A stretch of DNA of 55,867 nucleotides, counting the filler, from Sphacelaria rigidula (taxonomy: Eukaryota): the NCBI GenBank assembly GCA_964200075.2. It is 5 parts of 5 records of this genome, joined end to end, with 100 filler letters (N's around TTAATTAATTAA, not from the genome) between each part and the next. Parts side by side here need not be neighbours in the genome. Positions count along the whole stretch, not along the records: positions 22,390 to 33,482 come from CAXNAA020005397.1; positions 33,583 to 44,675 come from CAXNAA020005398.1; 3 more parts are not named here. The stretch is one strand, 5' to 3'. Of the stretch, positions 24,468-36,600 are shown piece by piece (the stretch's first letter is position 1; each line of letters opens with the position of its first letter). The notes below the pieces were generated by a model. It did no database searches. It was not told where the DNA came from and was given only the letters and a program-made list of their open reading frames with translations. A program made the position numbers and the translations under genes.

Positions 24468-27441
24468 CCTTGTTCACAAATGGCACATACCTGAAGTTTT
24501 GGTGTCGCAGATTGAATCGGCACTCTTCACGTCTCCAACAAAACGGGTACAAGATAGATTCTGCTCCAAAACACCAGGTATGTCAAGATTCAAATAAGCA
24601 AGCTTCCGCCCTCACCCTTGGACCGCGAGGGTAGTCCGCCCGAATCATGCATTTTTTTTTCAAGTCAGATCGATGGATGACGATTCAATAGATGGCCTAC
24701 TCCCGCCGTTTAAGGGTTGATCCCTTTTGCGCCGGGGGTGTCCCACGGGTGGATTCGACATCATTTTCAGCCCTTTTTCAGAGGGGATCTGACAAAATGT
24801 ACGTAACCAATGGTTGGTACTATGGGGATGCCGCCAACCCTAACGCTAACCCTAACTCTAACCCTTACCAAGGCATACCGAGAACCCTCGGGCAGGGCGG
24901 TGAGTGAAGTGTCTCGTACGCTACGGGTGCGTTGCCAGAGCTCAAATCGACGCCTTTGAGCCGATTTTGGACCAAAACACGTTCTGGAAGAGCTGGGTCT
25001 ACTGCCTACCACTGCTCACCTGCCCGAAGTCATAAATTTTCTCAGAACTTTCTTCAGTATAAAGTCAAGTAAAATCGAGTACCAACCATTGTTTACGTAC
25101 ATTTCGTCAGATCTACTGCTTTTTCGAGTGAAAATGATGCCGGCTCCACAAAATAGACGCCTCCGATGCTCTAGGAGTTGAGTTTACACCGGTGTGACAT
25201 TTTAATTTAGTCATGTGCACATGTTCAACACAAAATATCGCCGGGTGGTATGAGGAACACAGCACTACACCATTGAGCGATCAGACAAACGTACGAGTAG
25301 ATATCCACGAAATGTTTGAGGAAAACGAATGAAGTGGAGGGCCGAAATAATGATGAGAGACTGTCTCAACCACTGCAGCATGTTTGTCACTTGGACTACA
25401 ACAGTCAGGTGTTGGAATTGTCTTGCGATCGGATGCATGTTACGTGTATGTATGTTATGTGTGTAACTGTTTATATTGATGTGCATGTGTAAGCGTTTTT
25501 CATTTTTTATTATTTCTTTCTTCTTTTTTCCCCCCCTGAAAATCCACCCCACAGTACGGGATCGCCAACATTCCTCCTGTAGTCATGTTCAACGCGAAGA
25601 TCTTCAAACCATCGCGGCTATGTGCGGTGTTCAAGGTCGGGGGGTTATCCGAGGCAGCAAAGGAAGCGCACAGGGAGAAGGTGCAACGCGCAAGGTAAAC
25701 AATATAGGTAAACAATACCGTACCCCCAGATTACCCCAGGGGTCCAGGGTAATTGCATTACCAGTACCCGGTACCTCAGGGTACCTTTGATATTTATCGA
25801 TAGAAGAGTCATGCTACAAGGGGGGGGGAGTGTTTGATTCCACGGGGAAAATGGCTCGAGGTGCGCTTTTAGTTGGGTAAAAACGGCGTTAAGCAGTGTG
25901 GATGAGCGTTATTTATCGGTAACATGCGCGTTCGAACAACCGTTCCAGCTTTCAACGACGATTTGAAGTAGAATTTCGTGGAAGACACAGTACACAATAC
26001 CCCCCCCCCCTGCTCCGTCTCGAAAGGGATGCGTGGTCAATGGTCAAACGACTACTGTAAGGTGAGCAACAAATGAGTACGCCCCCCCGTTATCGTAGCA
26101 TGACGCTCAAAGATGGATATAGTGGGGGTTTAGCTATAGTGCGATGGGTGGCCAGATCGGCATGATATACCGCACCATGCTAGAACCCCGCCTAAACTGT
26201 TGTAGTGCGCTGTAGTGCAAGTGGTTGATATTACTATAGCAGATCGGACTTTCTCCGAACGATTTTAACCCGAATTCAGTGCAATCCCCACTGTACCGAT
26301 TTTTACGGACGATCTAAAATACTGAACTCTCTCTCCCCTATAGAACATTTTCCGCTCAACCCTTTTTTTCAAGGAAAAAACGTGAGTGATCAATTCAATG
26401 GGGCTCGTATCTCCCCATTTCGTGCACTACATCGCGCCCCTTCCCCCTCTCCCTCCCTTCCACATTCGTAGTACAAGTGCATCTTTTATGAAACTCTTGT
26501 GAGGAGTAGCCACGTGAATTCGACTCGGGTCAACACAGAGCGATAGTGACCCGTGTGATCATGTCATTATTCACACGATCCCATGCACCAGACTTCTCCT
26601 ACCCCCCTAACTTCGTTGAGCAGAAAAGTGATACAACGCATTTTCCAAGTATCTGAAAGCAGCTGGGAAACACTCGAGAGCAACCTCAGCATTCGTCTTA
26701 CGCGCCCATGCACCCGTTACGCAAGCCATCGTGATGTGTAGCGTGGATGATGACACATACAAGCGGGTTGCCAAATAAACCAAGGGTGTGTGTGGGTAAG
26801 TTACTTCCCACATTTGGGTATCTTGGAAAATCGTACTCTTGCTGTACCCAAAACTCGGGTACGGGTAGAGTATTGAGATCGCACTCTACAATAACCAGAT
26901 ATTGGGTAGAGTATTGCGGCCATACCTAACTGTACCCAATATTTGAGTAGAGTTGTTTGAAGACCCGACCATCGCAACACGAAATTCAGGAGAGTGAATA
27001 CCCCGGTTTTTACTCTACCCATCGCACCGTCGAAACAAACCGACGGCCAAGAGAGTTATTGATGAACTGTGTCTCGTGTTTACAGTAGGACACCCCAAGA
27101 ACTCTGGAATACCCGTATTTTCGACTTTTGTTACCCTCTGTACCCCTGAAATAATCATTGTCTAGCTCACACGACCACCGTTAAAAACGATGTGCATCGA
27201 AAACCTCCCGCACTCCCATACCCTCTCACCTTCAAGGCCACGCTCTCACACGTTTGCCTTCTCTTTGATCCATGCATATCATCTCTCTCTATATATAAAT
27301 AGGGAAAACGAAAAACGGAAGAAGGAGGAGGAGCTATTGGAGAACGAGTGGGACGACCTCGGGAGTGCGATCACCGAAGTGTTCAACATGCCGGTTGGCC
27401 AAGACGACGATGACGTTGACCTCGACAGCATGGTTGTGTAG
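24468..27441 (+). CDS. 3' exons of an uncharacterised gene (24468-24577, 25583-25694, 27303-27441)
   Basis: Phase-consistent GT-AG joins give LVHKWHIPEVLVSQIESALFTSPTKRVQDRFCSKTP-VMFNAKIFKPSRLCAVFKVGGLSEAAKEAHREKVQRA-RENEKRKKEEELLENEWDDLGSAITEVFNMPVGQDDDDVDLDSMVV*. Possible upstream exons near 23320-23465, 23981-24106 and 24278-24377 are weak. Confidence 0.55.
24733..25165. mobile_element. MITE with internal (CCCTAA)n-like telomeric repeats
   Basis: 36-bp inverted repeat 24786-24821 / 25078-25113 (2 mismatches) that extends imperfectly outwards; aaccctaacgctaaccctaactctaacccttacc at 24836-24869. Confidence 0.75.
26012..26088 (+). repeat. Poly-C-flanked short repeat (subfamily D)
   Basis: CGAAAGGGATGCGTGGTCAATGGTCA..AGCAACAAATGAGTAC; copies at 29799-29860 and 44882-44955 (minus). 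Confidence 0.7.
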
Positions 27442-27896
27442 TTGGGAAAATTGGAATTGGAAAAAAGATTGAGCAAAAAAACTCTTCGAGGGATTGTCTG
27501 TTTTGTCGTCTCGTGTCTCGTACTTGGTGAAGAACTGACCCACTAGTCGTGAGAATCGCGTTACGGTAAATAGTGTCCTCACCTGAAGACGGTCTTTTTT
27601 TAGGCGGGACCCCCATGTCACGGTGGTGGTTTTCGGCTTGCACCGAAGGAATTCCTCCCGTAGGTCGGACCTAGTCAATCCACCCCAAGGCTGTGCCCCA
27701 CCTGACAGCAGCTAAGTTTTGCTTGCACTATACGGCATGAAACTGGGATCCCCGACAAAGTAGGCATCTCGACCTGAATTTTTCCCGGTAAGGTGAGAAA
27801 TTGGGCTCTAACTGTTGGCGATTGATATACATGAGACGTGCAAGATGTTGATATGTCACACCCTGGATATTGACTATATTACATTGTCTAAAGTTT

Positions 27897-27990
27897 ACTG
27901 CGCACAGTATGGAATATATTACCTATTGCAATAGACGCAATAGTTGATACTGTATGCAGTGCACTCTGTGACAACGTGATTTTCCGTCCA
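27897..27990 (+). repeat. Dispersed repeat of about 90 bp (3 copies in contig 3)
   Basis: ACTGYGYACAGTATGGAA..CTAYTGC..CGCAA also at 22850-22945 and 28504-28600. Confidence 0.65.
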
Positions 27991-28683
27991 GGGTGTGTTA
28001 TATTCCGGGTTAGGCCAGGAAGGAAGTAAGGGTTGAGCCTGGGGGGCCTAAGACAGTGTGTTCCGTTTTTACTAGAAGTAGGCCTGTTCTGTAGGGAGAA
28101 GAGAAAATTCACTAGCGAATGTGAACGGAAATAATTTTCGCAACAAGATGTGAATCTTGAAATCTTCTCGACCTTGGACAATCTTACCGCCCCCCGTGAC
28201 GTATTGGCAGCCTCCAAGCTTCAATTTCGGCTTGATGGGGTCAATGCGTGACAACCAATCAATCGAAATCAGTGGATGGCAGGACAAAGACAACAACATG
28301 CTACTTGAAAAGGGTAGGCTCGTGCTGTGTGCTCTGCGTTGCGGCCTTGTCGTGCCCAGGGAAGACTTCGCTGATGGTCAGAATGGTCGGGAGATCGTTG
28401 GGACAAAACACACATCACGAGTACAAGTGTGCAGCGATGAGAGATTCTTCATAAGGTTTGTTTGAATAATACCCTTGACAGAAGATTGCATTGCCAAAAA
28501 GCGTACTGTGTACAGTATGGAATCTATTTTCTATTGCATAGACGCAACAGTCGATATTGTCTGTACGCAGTACACTTTGTGACAGTGTAATCTATTCCCA
28601 TTATCCAAGATGTGAAGGCTTGAGAGTAGTGGCCGGAACCGCAGGTATCGTGTGTATCTTGAGATTTTTCCACATGTCGGACA

Positions 28684-28912
28684 AACTGACTCATGAGTTA
28701 ACTCGGGAGTGTGGTAAAAACGTACCGCTGAGTAATCCCATCAAGCCGAAATACGGTACCGCTGAGTAGTGGTAAGTACCGCTGAGTAATCCGACGTAAC
28801 TCAGCCAATGGATAACGGTCGCGCAGAGCTATACAGTACAGTATAACTCAGCCAGTGGAAATAGCCAACCGCTGCGTTGTACTGTTTGACTCAGCTACCA
28901 GTGAGTTGTTGC
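28684..28912. mobile_element. MITE-like element with subterminal GCTGAGT/ACTCAGC repeats
   Basis: GTACCGCTGAGTA x3 followed by inverted ACTCAGC x3. Confidence 0.5.
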
Positions 28913-29279
28913 AATATAAACAGATTCCACCATACATACTGTACTGAATGCAATACACTTTTTTGATCACGTGATATATTTTTGTCACTGTCCGGGGTGT
29001 CCTCCTCTTGCGGTATGTACGTCTTCAAAAAGGAAGCAGCAGCATCGCCTGCTGCTTTCGGCAGGACAACCAACAGCACTCGGCTGGTCTCCTCGCCTCG
29101 GTATTTCCATCGTGAGAAGAATTTCAAGCTGACCACTGTAGCCAAGATTGGCGGGAAAACCGCGTGTCGGACACCTCAACACATCATGGAGCTCATTTTC
29201 GTATTATATTGCGATATACGCAATATTAATAGTCGATCCTACTGAACCCAGTACAGTATTTGACAGTGCGATGTGTTGT

Positions 29280-29482
29280 CATCGTCCAGTCGAAAGCGTG
29301 AGTACGTAACCAAACAAAAGTAGTTGACTGTGAGTTCGTTTGGCGAGAGTTGAGCGGTGCGGGAATGCTGACCCGATTCGCGAGACCAAAACGCAAGGCG
29401 TGTACCTGAGAGAGATGGGTTGATCCCTTGAGACCATTAGACCACGGGTCGTCCGGAGGAAGGAGAAGGGTTCAACGTGCGA
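29280..29482 (+). mobile_element. SINE family A, 5'-truncated
   Basis: Homologous to 30850-31040. Confidence 0.75.
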
Positions 29483-30255
29483 CAAGAGGGAAAAAATTGT
29501 GAAGGAGAGCGCAGCAGCGGAAGAAAAACTGATCGACTGACGATTGATTGGTTGAAGTGGTGCCGCACGTTGACTTGCCATTATTTGCTATGAACCCCGC
29601 CATGGCCACGGGACGGACGTGCCAAAGCTAAGTGGATGTAAACACTCCACACCCTGTACAAAATATGGTCAGTCAGAAGTTGCAAAAGGCCAATACTTGA
29701 CGCAGTACAGTAAGCACGTTCGAACAAACGTTGCTTCTTTCAACGTCGATTTTGACTTGAAATCTCGCGGAATAAATGCCCCAAAATCCCCCCCCCAACG
29801 AAAGGGATGCGTGGTCAATGGTCACACGACTAAGGCAAGCAACAAATGAGTACCCTCCCACACACACACCGCAAAGTCACTCTTCCGCCCACACGGTTGC
29901 AAGACACCGACCTGCATTTATTTGGCAACACATACACACACAGCGCGATTGCTGCTTTTTTTTCGGAAGGAAACCCGCACAACTCGACGGACTCGCGATC
30001 ATTTGTCCTTCGACCGCGAGTCTGAAATGAAAGGTCTATTACATTTTTATTCCTGCAGAATCTTTACTTAACCCTTCCCCTTCGCAGGAACGAGTCCTCA
30101 ATAATAAAGGGATCAGCCCGCCTCTCCCCTGATGTATGCCGCCTTACGCTTTGTCTGGTGCCGCGGATAGGGTAAGTGCTCCGGCGTCGCGTCTACCTCC
30201 GCCATTTGTTCTTCGCGACCACTTCCTTTCTCAAATGTTTCGGCAACGGAAGATA

Positions 30256-30365
30256 CACTGGTGGCCACTGGGATGCCTGGAACCTCAAATTCGGACGTTA
30301 CAGACGTTGCACAAGGTCTGTAACGTCTGAATTTGAGGTTCCAGGCACCCCAGTGGCCACCCGTG
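30256..30365. repeat. Near-perfect 110-bp hairpin (foldback)
   Basis: GGTGGCCACTGGGATGCCTGGAACCTCAAATTCGGACGTTACAGAC, short loop, then GTCTGTAACGTCTGAATTTGAGGTTCCAGGCACCCCAGTGGCCACC. Confidence 0.9.
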
Positions 30366-30740
30366 CAGACACAACTCCTTAGCAAAAAAGTACGTGGTAC
30401 GCGTATGTCTGCAGGAACTCGAACCTTCAGCTCCGCACTGATTGGCTTTGCAATGTACGAGATAGATAACGAACAGGACGCGGCGGCATATGGAAAATAG
30501 AAAATAGTGATTCCGCGATAGGGGGTGCACTTTTTAGTCGGAAAGTTTTCTTAGGCTGCACAGTAAGGCCCAGATATTTGTCGTCGAGAGGCTCCTATCG
30601 AACAGCAAAGAGCCTCACAAAATAAATGTGCACCCCTACCGTGGCATTACTCAGAGATCCCCTGATGGCTGTCACGAGGCACGAATCTACACGGCCAACG
30701 CAACCGATATGCGCTCGGCTCGGATTCATCGATCCATTGA

Positions 30741-31052
30741 GCCCCCGCGTCCCGGTGGTGTAATGGTCCGACTGTCGCCATTAGGGTGGAGAGAACGAGG
30801 ATTTGATTCCCGACGCGTTGGGTTTTCTTCTTCGCAATGTATGATTTCCACCGCCGTGGAAAGTGTGAGAAACGTGAGTAAACAAAGTAGTCGCCTGGGT
30901 TAGAGTGACGTGAGTTGACGCGGTGCGGGAGTGCTGACCCAATCCGCGAGACCAACATGTAAGGCGTGTACCGGGGGAGAGATGGGTTGATCCCTTGAGA
31001 CCACGGACTCATCCCGAGGAAGGGGAGGGATTCAAAGTGCGAACAAAAAAAA
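30741..31052 (+). mobile_element. tRNA-derived SINE, family A, full length with A-tail
   Basis: A box TGGTGTAATGG, degenerate B box GATTTGATTCC, ends in gaacaaaaaaaa. Confidence 0.8.
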
Positions 31053-32680
31053 TGATCGCCTCATGTTGACTGATCCACCACGAACTTACCCGCGGTCACA
31101 AGGCAGTTGCGCCTCACGCTTGGCAATGCACTCACGAAGACATGGATGATTTTTCCAGCGAGACGTCCAGCGCAGTAACTTGGTTGCAAGTGTTCACAAA
31201 TCTGCCACGCACTACAGAGATCCAATAAAAGATAGCACCATTCGAGAGACTTGACAGCTTTTGACCGTTCGCAAAAACGCAAAAACCCATATAGTACACC
31301 TGTCGGAAACAACCTACAGCATCTATTACACAGCACTTTCCTCCGTCCTATATACAAAACAGTTCTCAACTTTTCGGAAGCCGGAATGCTGCCACTACTT
31401 CAACGAACGCGGCACTCGTTTTTTCCCGTGACAAAAATATTCCACCGCAATGAGTAAAAAGTCACTCCTGCAGTCAATATCGCAGAACACATCGTTACAT
31501 ATGGAAGGGACGAGACAAACACGAGAACAAAAATCGATGCGTGTACTGTAGGTACCGTACGGACTATTCTACCCGGGGGCGAGGACGAAACCGCCCCTCG
31601 ATTTCCTCACGGCCTCTGCGGTGGCCACGACGCCAAATATCATGCCGCAAGAAATGTTTTGTATAGATATTTATGGTGACGGAAATCCGGTAGTAGTGCG
31701 AAACCGACTCTCGGTTTCCGCGTGATCTCCGCAGTGAGCACGCCGCTAATACTGCAGGGAATATTTCGTCAAGATATTCCTTGAAACGGAGATCCTACGG
31801 TAGTGCAGGACCTTAATTGTCTCGGTTTAGTTCCTCATTAGCCCAGGTGATTTACTATACAAACCCCATTGTGATCCTGTTTTCTTTATTCCCCCCCTCC
31901 CCCCCCCCCCCACACTGAAAGCCTGGTCCGGCGAAAACCCGGCGTGCTCCGTCCCGGCTTTGTAGGGATGCGAGGTCAATGGTCTGATGACTGTGGCATG
32001 CATGATCATGAGTACACCCCCCCCACACTGATGGACGACCTGGTTGAAGACCTTTGTGCGCCCTGCAAACATACTCCAGAACATATACAAGGCTAGGCGC
32101 GGGTTGCAGTGTAGACAGCCCGTGCCGAAAAACGGTGAATCTGAGGCGAGAAGATGATCGCAAGCAAACCTCGACGGCGAAGACAATATTCATGACACAA
32201 CACGGGGGGTTCGAGACACGCTACAAGAGCCACACAAAGGGCGAACCTTATTCAGACAACCATCACCGAATGAGGAAGAATCGTGGTGGGTCGGTCACCT
32301 CCGCTCTCTGGAGAGACAAGTCACTTTACAAATAAGCACACAGCACAAACTCGAATCGCCAAATTCATTCGCCGCAACACGATGTAGCTAAACTCTGCCG
32401 CCCGAAAACTCCAAGACACTTCGGACTGCACACCTGTGAATCAGTCACAAATCTTTGTTATTCCAACGGATGAGTACCGTTATTCCAATGAAAGGAGTGC
32501 TGTTATTCCAATGGAAGAAGTACCGTACTTAACGGCCCAAAACTTTGGACAAGAACCCTCCGGAGCTTTCAAACTTGGGGTGTTTCACCTGCGCAACCGT
32601 CAGTAGCAAATGCAAAACAAGAGGGCGAGAGAATAAGATGTGAGAGACGATGCTTGCGAAAGAACTTCGCAATTTTGAAA

Positions 32681-32726
<46 letters not shown>

Positions 32727-32906
32727 GTGTGTCCGTCAAGGAAATCACCTTTTCACATAATGACGAGAATATACCGTGCAGGATTGTAAGTAAATTTTCG
32801 AGCATAGCCATCATTCTACCGGCCGTGCAGTTTGCGTCTCAAACGCCACCTCTCTGTTGAAGCATTCATCACCAGCAGAGCAATGGAGGTACCACGCGTA
32901 CGTTTA

Positions 32907-33104
32907 TTATTTTGCCTGCGTCTCGTTGATAGAATACCGTGATTTATGCGCAAAATCCAAGAGAGGGAGAGAGAGAGGGAGTTGGGTACGGTATGCGTTG
33001 TTTCCTGCACCTTGGAAAGCTTGGGGTGAATGACGAGCTTGCAGTAGGGGTTGCTGCTCTTGTTTCTCCTGTAGTAGTCCTGGTGCCCTTTGTCCGCAGG
33101 GTAC
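32907..33104 (-). CDS. msrA: Peptide methionine sulfoxide reductase MsrA, last exons (33104-33011 and 32915-32907)
   Basis: After the acceptor ttgatattgcag| the minus strand reads YPADKGHQDYYRRNKSSNPYCKLVIHPKLSK, matching the MsrA C-terminal pattern (YPAE..HQ.Y...N....YC...I.PK). Donor aag|gtgcag, then acgcag|GCA AAA TAA. The upstream GCFWG exon is not seen in this contig. Confidence 0.8.
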   Translation of the reverse strand, partial: VPCGQRAPGLLQEKQEQQPLLQARHSPQAFQGAGNNAYRTQLPLSLPLLDFAHKSRYSINETQAK

Positions 33105-33482
33105 CTGCAATATCAAGAAACAACCAGGCGAAAAAAGAAAGAAAAAAAACGGCGTAATATAAATCACCGGTAAAAACGTGTGTGCGATCGAAGCAATACG
33201 AGAAACATGTACTGATTAATTCGAGTTGATCTGATTTGATTCGATTGATGCGCATCAAGCGTATCAATCGAATCCGCCAGGAATCCGCTAGGGATACCTG
33301 CAGGTGAAAACAAACGGAGACATTCGTCAAGGAAAGTCGACCAAGGGGACAGGATGGGAAAGAAAAACAGGGTATGGACAGAGTAGAGTGGATATGACAA
33401 CAAGATTGAAGCGAGGGGGGGGAGAGGGGGGGGGGGGGGGGGGTTTTTTTTTTTTTTGGTTGTGTGACTGGTGTGCACACAT

Positions 33483-33582
33483 NNNNNNNNNNNNNNNNNN
33501 NNNNNNNNNNNNNNNNNNNNNNNNNNTTAATTAATTAANNNNNNNNNNNNNNNNNNNNNNNNNNNNNNNNNNNNNNNNNNNN
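33483..33582. other. Artificial contig linker
   Basis: N44-TTAATTAATTAA-N44. Confidence 0.97.
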
Positions 33583-33619
<37 letters not shown>

Positions 33620-33639
33620 CGAACGGAAGGGCAACGTAC

Positions 33640-36600
33640 CCACGGGTTCCATGCTGGACTTTTGTAGAAGTGCAAGGAAAAGGACATGAGCGCGATGGCT
33701 GCGGCCGGAAGACAAACCGTCTGCAACACCAGCCCCCAGAACTCCGGCTCCGAGTACCCGTCGTCGTCCGTCCACGAAGATATACCCTGTTGTGAAAAAG
33801 TACGTACGGTTTTGGTTTCAAGTTTGCAAGAAAAAAAAAAACACACACACACACACACACACACGACAAAAGCACAAGCACACACCGGGAAAAAAAGAAT
33901 GACGAAACAATAAAACACATTACCCATTACCAACAACAAGCAGCAGCAGCAACAACAGCGACAGCAAAGAAGGACAACGGCGATGACGATGTCAAAATGT
34001 TCCGAGTGAGATCAAGTGTGATTTCGCTCATGTGCGTGGACTGCGGCATACGCCTTCGAACTTCTAGTAAAAAAAAAATATATATATATATATATGTTTC
34101 TTACGAGATTTTACATCCCGTGCGTGTGTTGTGTGTTGTCGTCTCATCTATTCTGACCACCGGTCTGCACCTTTCGGTATATGTGGGCGCATCAGCCGGG
34201 GTCACACAGGAAGGCCAACACAGGAGTTTCTTATTTTTATTTTGGTTCTCCACCTTCCTTCTGTGGTGCTTGCCTTTATTTTTTATCGCGAGAGGGGTTC
34301 AGCAGTCCGTTTCCCTCGTCGACCATTGAGTCGAATTTTGTGTACCCACACGACATAGCCGCTCTCCCCCGTTGAGCACTGTGCAAGAAAGAATCCCACA
34401 TCGCTCCGACGTTCGAACCCACAACCCAACCGTCAGAAGATTTCGAGGTTACCAACTGAGCCACAGGGGCGACCAGGTCATAGAACGTACTTGCCAAAAT
34501 CTGGCCTTGCTACTACATATGATAAGACGGGTTTCCGTCGACAGAAACTCTTCCGTGCATGGGTACATGAGGCGGAAATGCGTGTATATCATCTCGTATT
34601 TTTCGAGGCACGGGTGCAGCACGCATCCCCCATCGATGTTTGTGTGCTGTCGTCCCATCTATTCTGGACGCCTGTCTAAACCTTTCGGTATATGTGGGCG
34701 CACCAGCAGGGGTCACACAGGAGGAAGGTCAACACCGGAGTTTTTTTCCCGTTCTTTGTTTGTTTCTAGTACCCCACCTTCCTTCTGCGGTGCTTGCCTT
34801 TATTAACTATCGCGAGAGGGGTTCAGCAGTCCCTTTCCCTCGTCGACCGTCAAGTCGAATTTTGTGTACCCACGACATCATCGCTCTCCACTGTTGGGCA
34901 TGTTATGAGAAAAAAATCTAAATCGTTCCGAGATTCGAACCCACAACCCAACCGTCAGAAGGTTTCGAAGTTACCAACTGAGCCACCGGGGCGACCGGCG
35001 CGAGTGCCCGAAGAATTTCGAGCGAAAACGATGCTGTAGCGCGTTCTCCAATTTCACAGCTAGTATTTAGTCATAAATAGTACCTTTTCCGGGCAAAAAA
35101 CACGTTGATATAACACTTGTCTACAAAATCATGCCATGGCAGGGGTGCACATTTGGCCCTACAGTAGTAGGCGGTTTAAGTTTTCATCTTGTGGCGTTTT
35201 GTGATTTTTTTTCGTACTTGGCGATTCTCTCGGGCTCTTTTCGCTTGCCACCACTCATCACATCGGAGATCTGAAGATATTTGTATCCGCTCCACATCCC
35301 AAGAAAAAAAATGATCTGTACTCAATACTGAGTGACTTGCGGGCTAGCCGGTTATCGGGGGTCCTACAACTTTTCAGCCCACATTTTTACTTTTACGTAT
35401 TTTCGGTCGATCGAGCCTGTCCCGATCATATTTGTGAAGGAATGTACAGTTTTTTCTTTTTGAAATTTTGCCTAAATAACACCCTCCTGATAAACGTGGT
35501 ATTTACTCGTTTCGTCCGATAACACCAACTGAAACTGACTCGAGCACTGTGTTTCGAGAATGATTCGTTTATTTTACCAAAATCTACCCACGCAAGCAAT
35601 TTCGAGTTTTATCGCAGAGCAGTACGAGACGAAATGCCCAAAACACCCCTGAATAGTTGGACCGCCCACTACCGTAGGTCGTTCTCATTGAGAGGTTCAT
35701 CAAGTCAGGGGTTACACAAGTATTTCAGTCCCGCCATTTCCACTTGTAATTTATTTTCGAGATATCTCCAGACTGCAGTACTGTCATGCTAATCGTGGCG
35801 TGCTCTCAAACATTTCATATGTCGTTCTAGGATGAGGTTAAGGGCTCCAAGCAATTGATACTTCAGGAGTATTTTGTGCACTCGTACCGTGGCATGACTC
35901 CACAAAATGACGCTCAGAAATATGAAGCAAGTTGACCGTAGAGCGGTCGAAGGGTTGAAGATTAGAGTGTGAATTCTATGCACGTCTCTGCTGTTTGTCT
36001 ATACATCATCAGTACACCTGTAGGAGAAGATTGCACGGGAGCCGTAGGTAGGGTACCGTACCGAGCGTACCTCCGGTACTGACCGGGGTATTCCATACCG
36101 TATCTGATTGAGAGGGTGCGATAGGTATGGATACCTCGAAATATCGTGGTATCTTAGACATGATATTTTCAAGGGTAGGTCGAGTGGAGTATGTACTTTC
36201 AAGTACTCGAGTGAAATACTCAGGTAATTACTCTACTCAACGTTTGGGTAGGTCGAGTACGGCCTCAAGTACTTTACTCAAATATTGAGTATGACCTCGA
36301 TACTCTACTCATTTTTTTGGTAGGCCGAGTACGGCCTTGAATACTCTACTCAATTTTCAAGGAGACCGAGTACGACCTCAGGTACTCTACTCAAATATTG
36401 AGTAAGCACTCTCAGTAATATTTGAGTGTAGAGTACCCCTTGGGTATAGTGAGTACCCCTCACAGTCAGCGACTTCGTGACGTCAATTCACAGACTATGT
36501 TGAATGCATGGGCGAACGATGGCCATCAATTAGTTGGGCGGCGTTACATCACAGCCAACAAGGAGTATGAGCGAATGATGGCCATGAAAAAATGAAAAAA

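Noticed and set aside
31921..32000. Hammerhead ribozyme (CGAAA and CTGATGA both present; also CTGATGAG near 50333)
   Set aside because: The required stems II and III do not pair.
33212..33298. Upstream MsrA exon
   Set aside because: Splice-like sites exist, but the translation lacks the expected IVTEI-like MsrA sequence.
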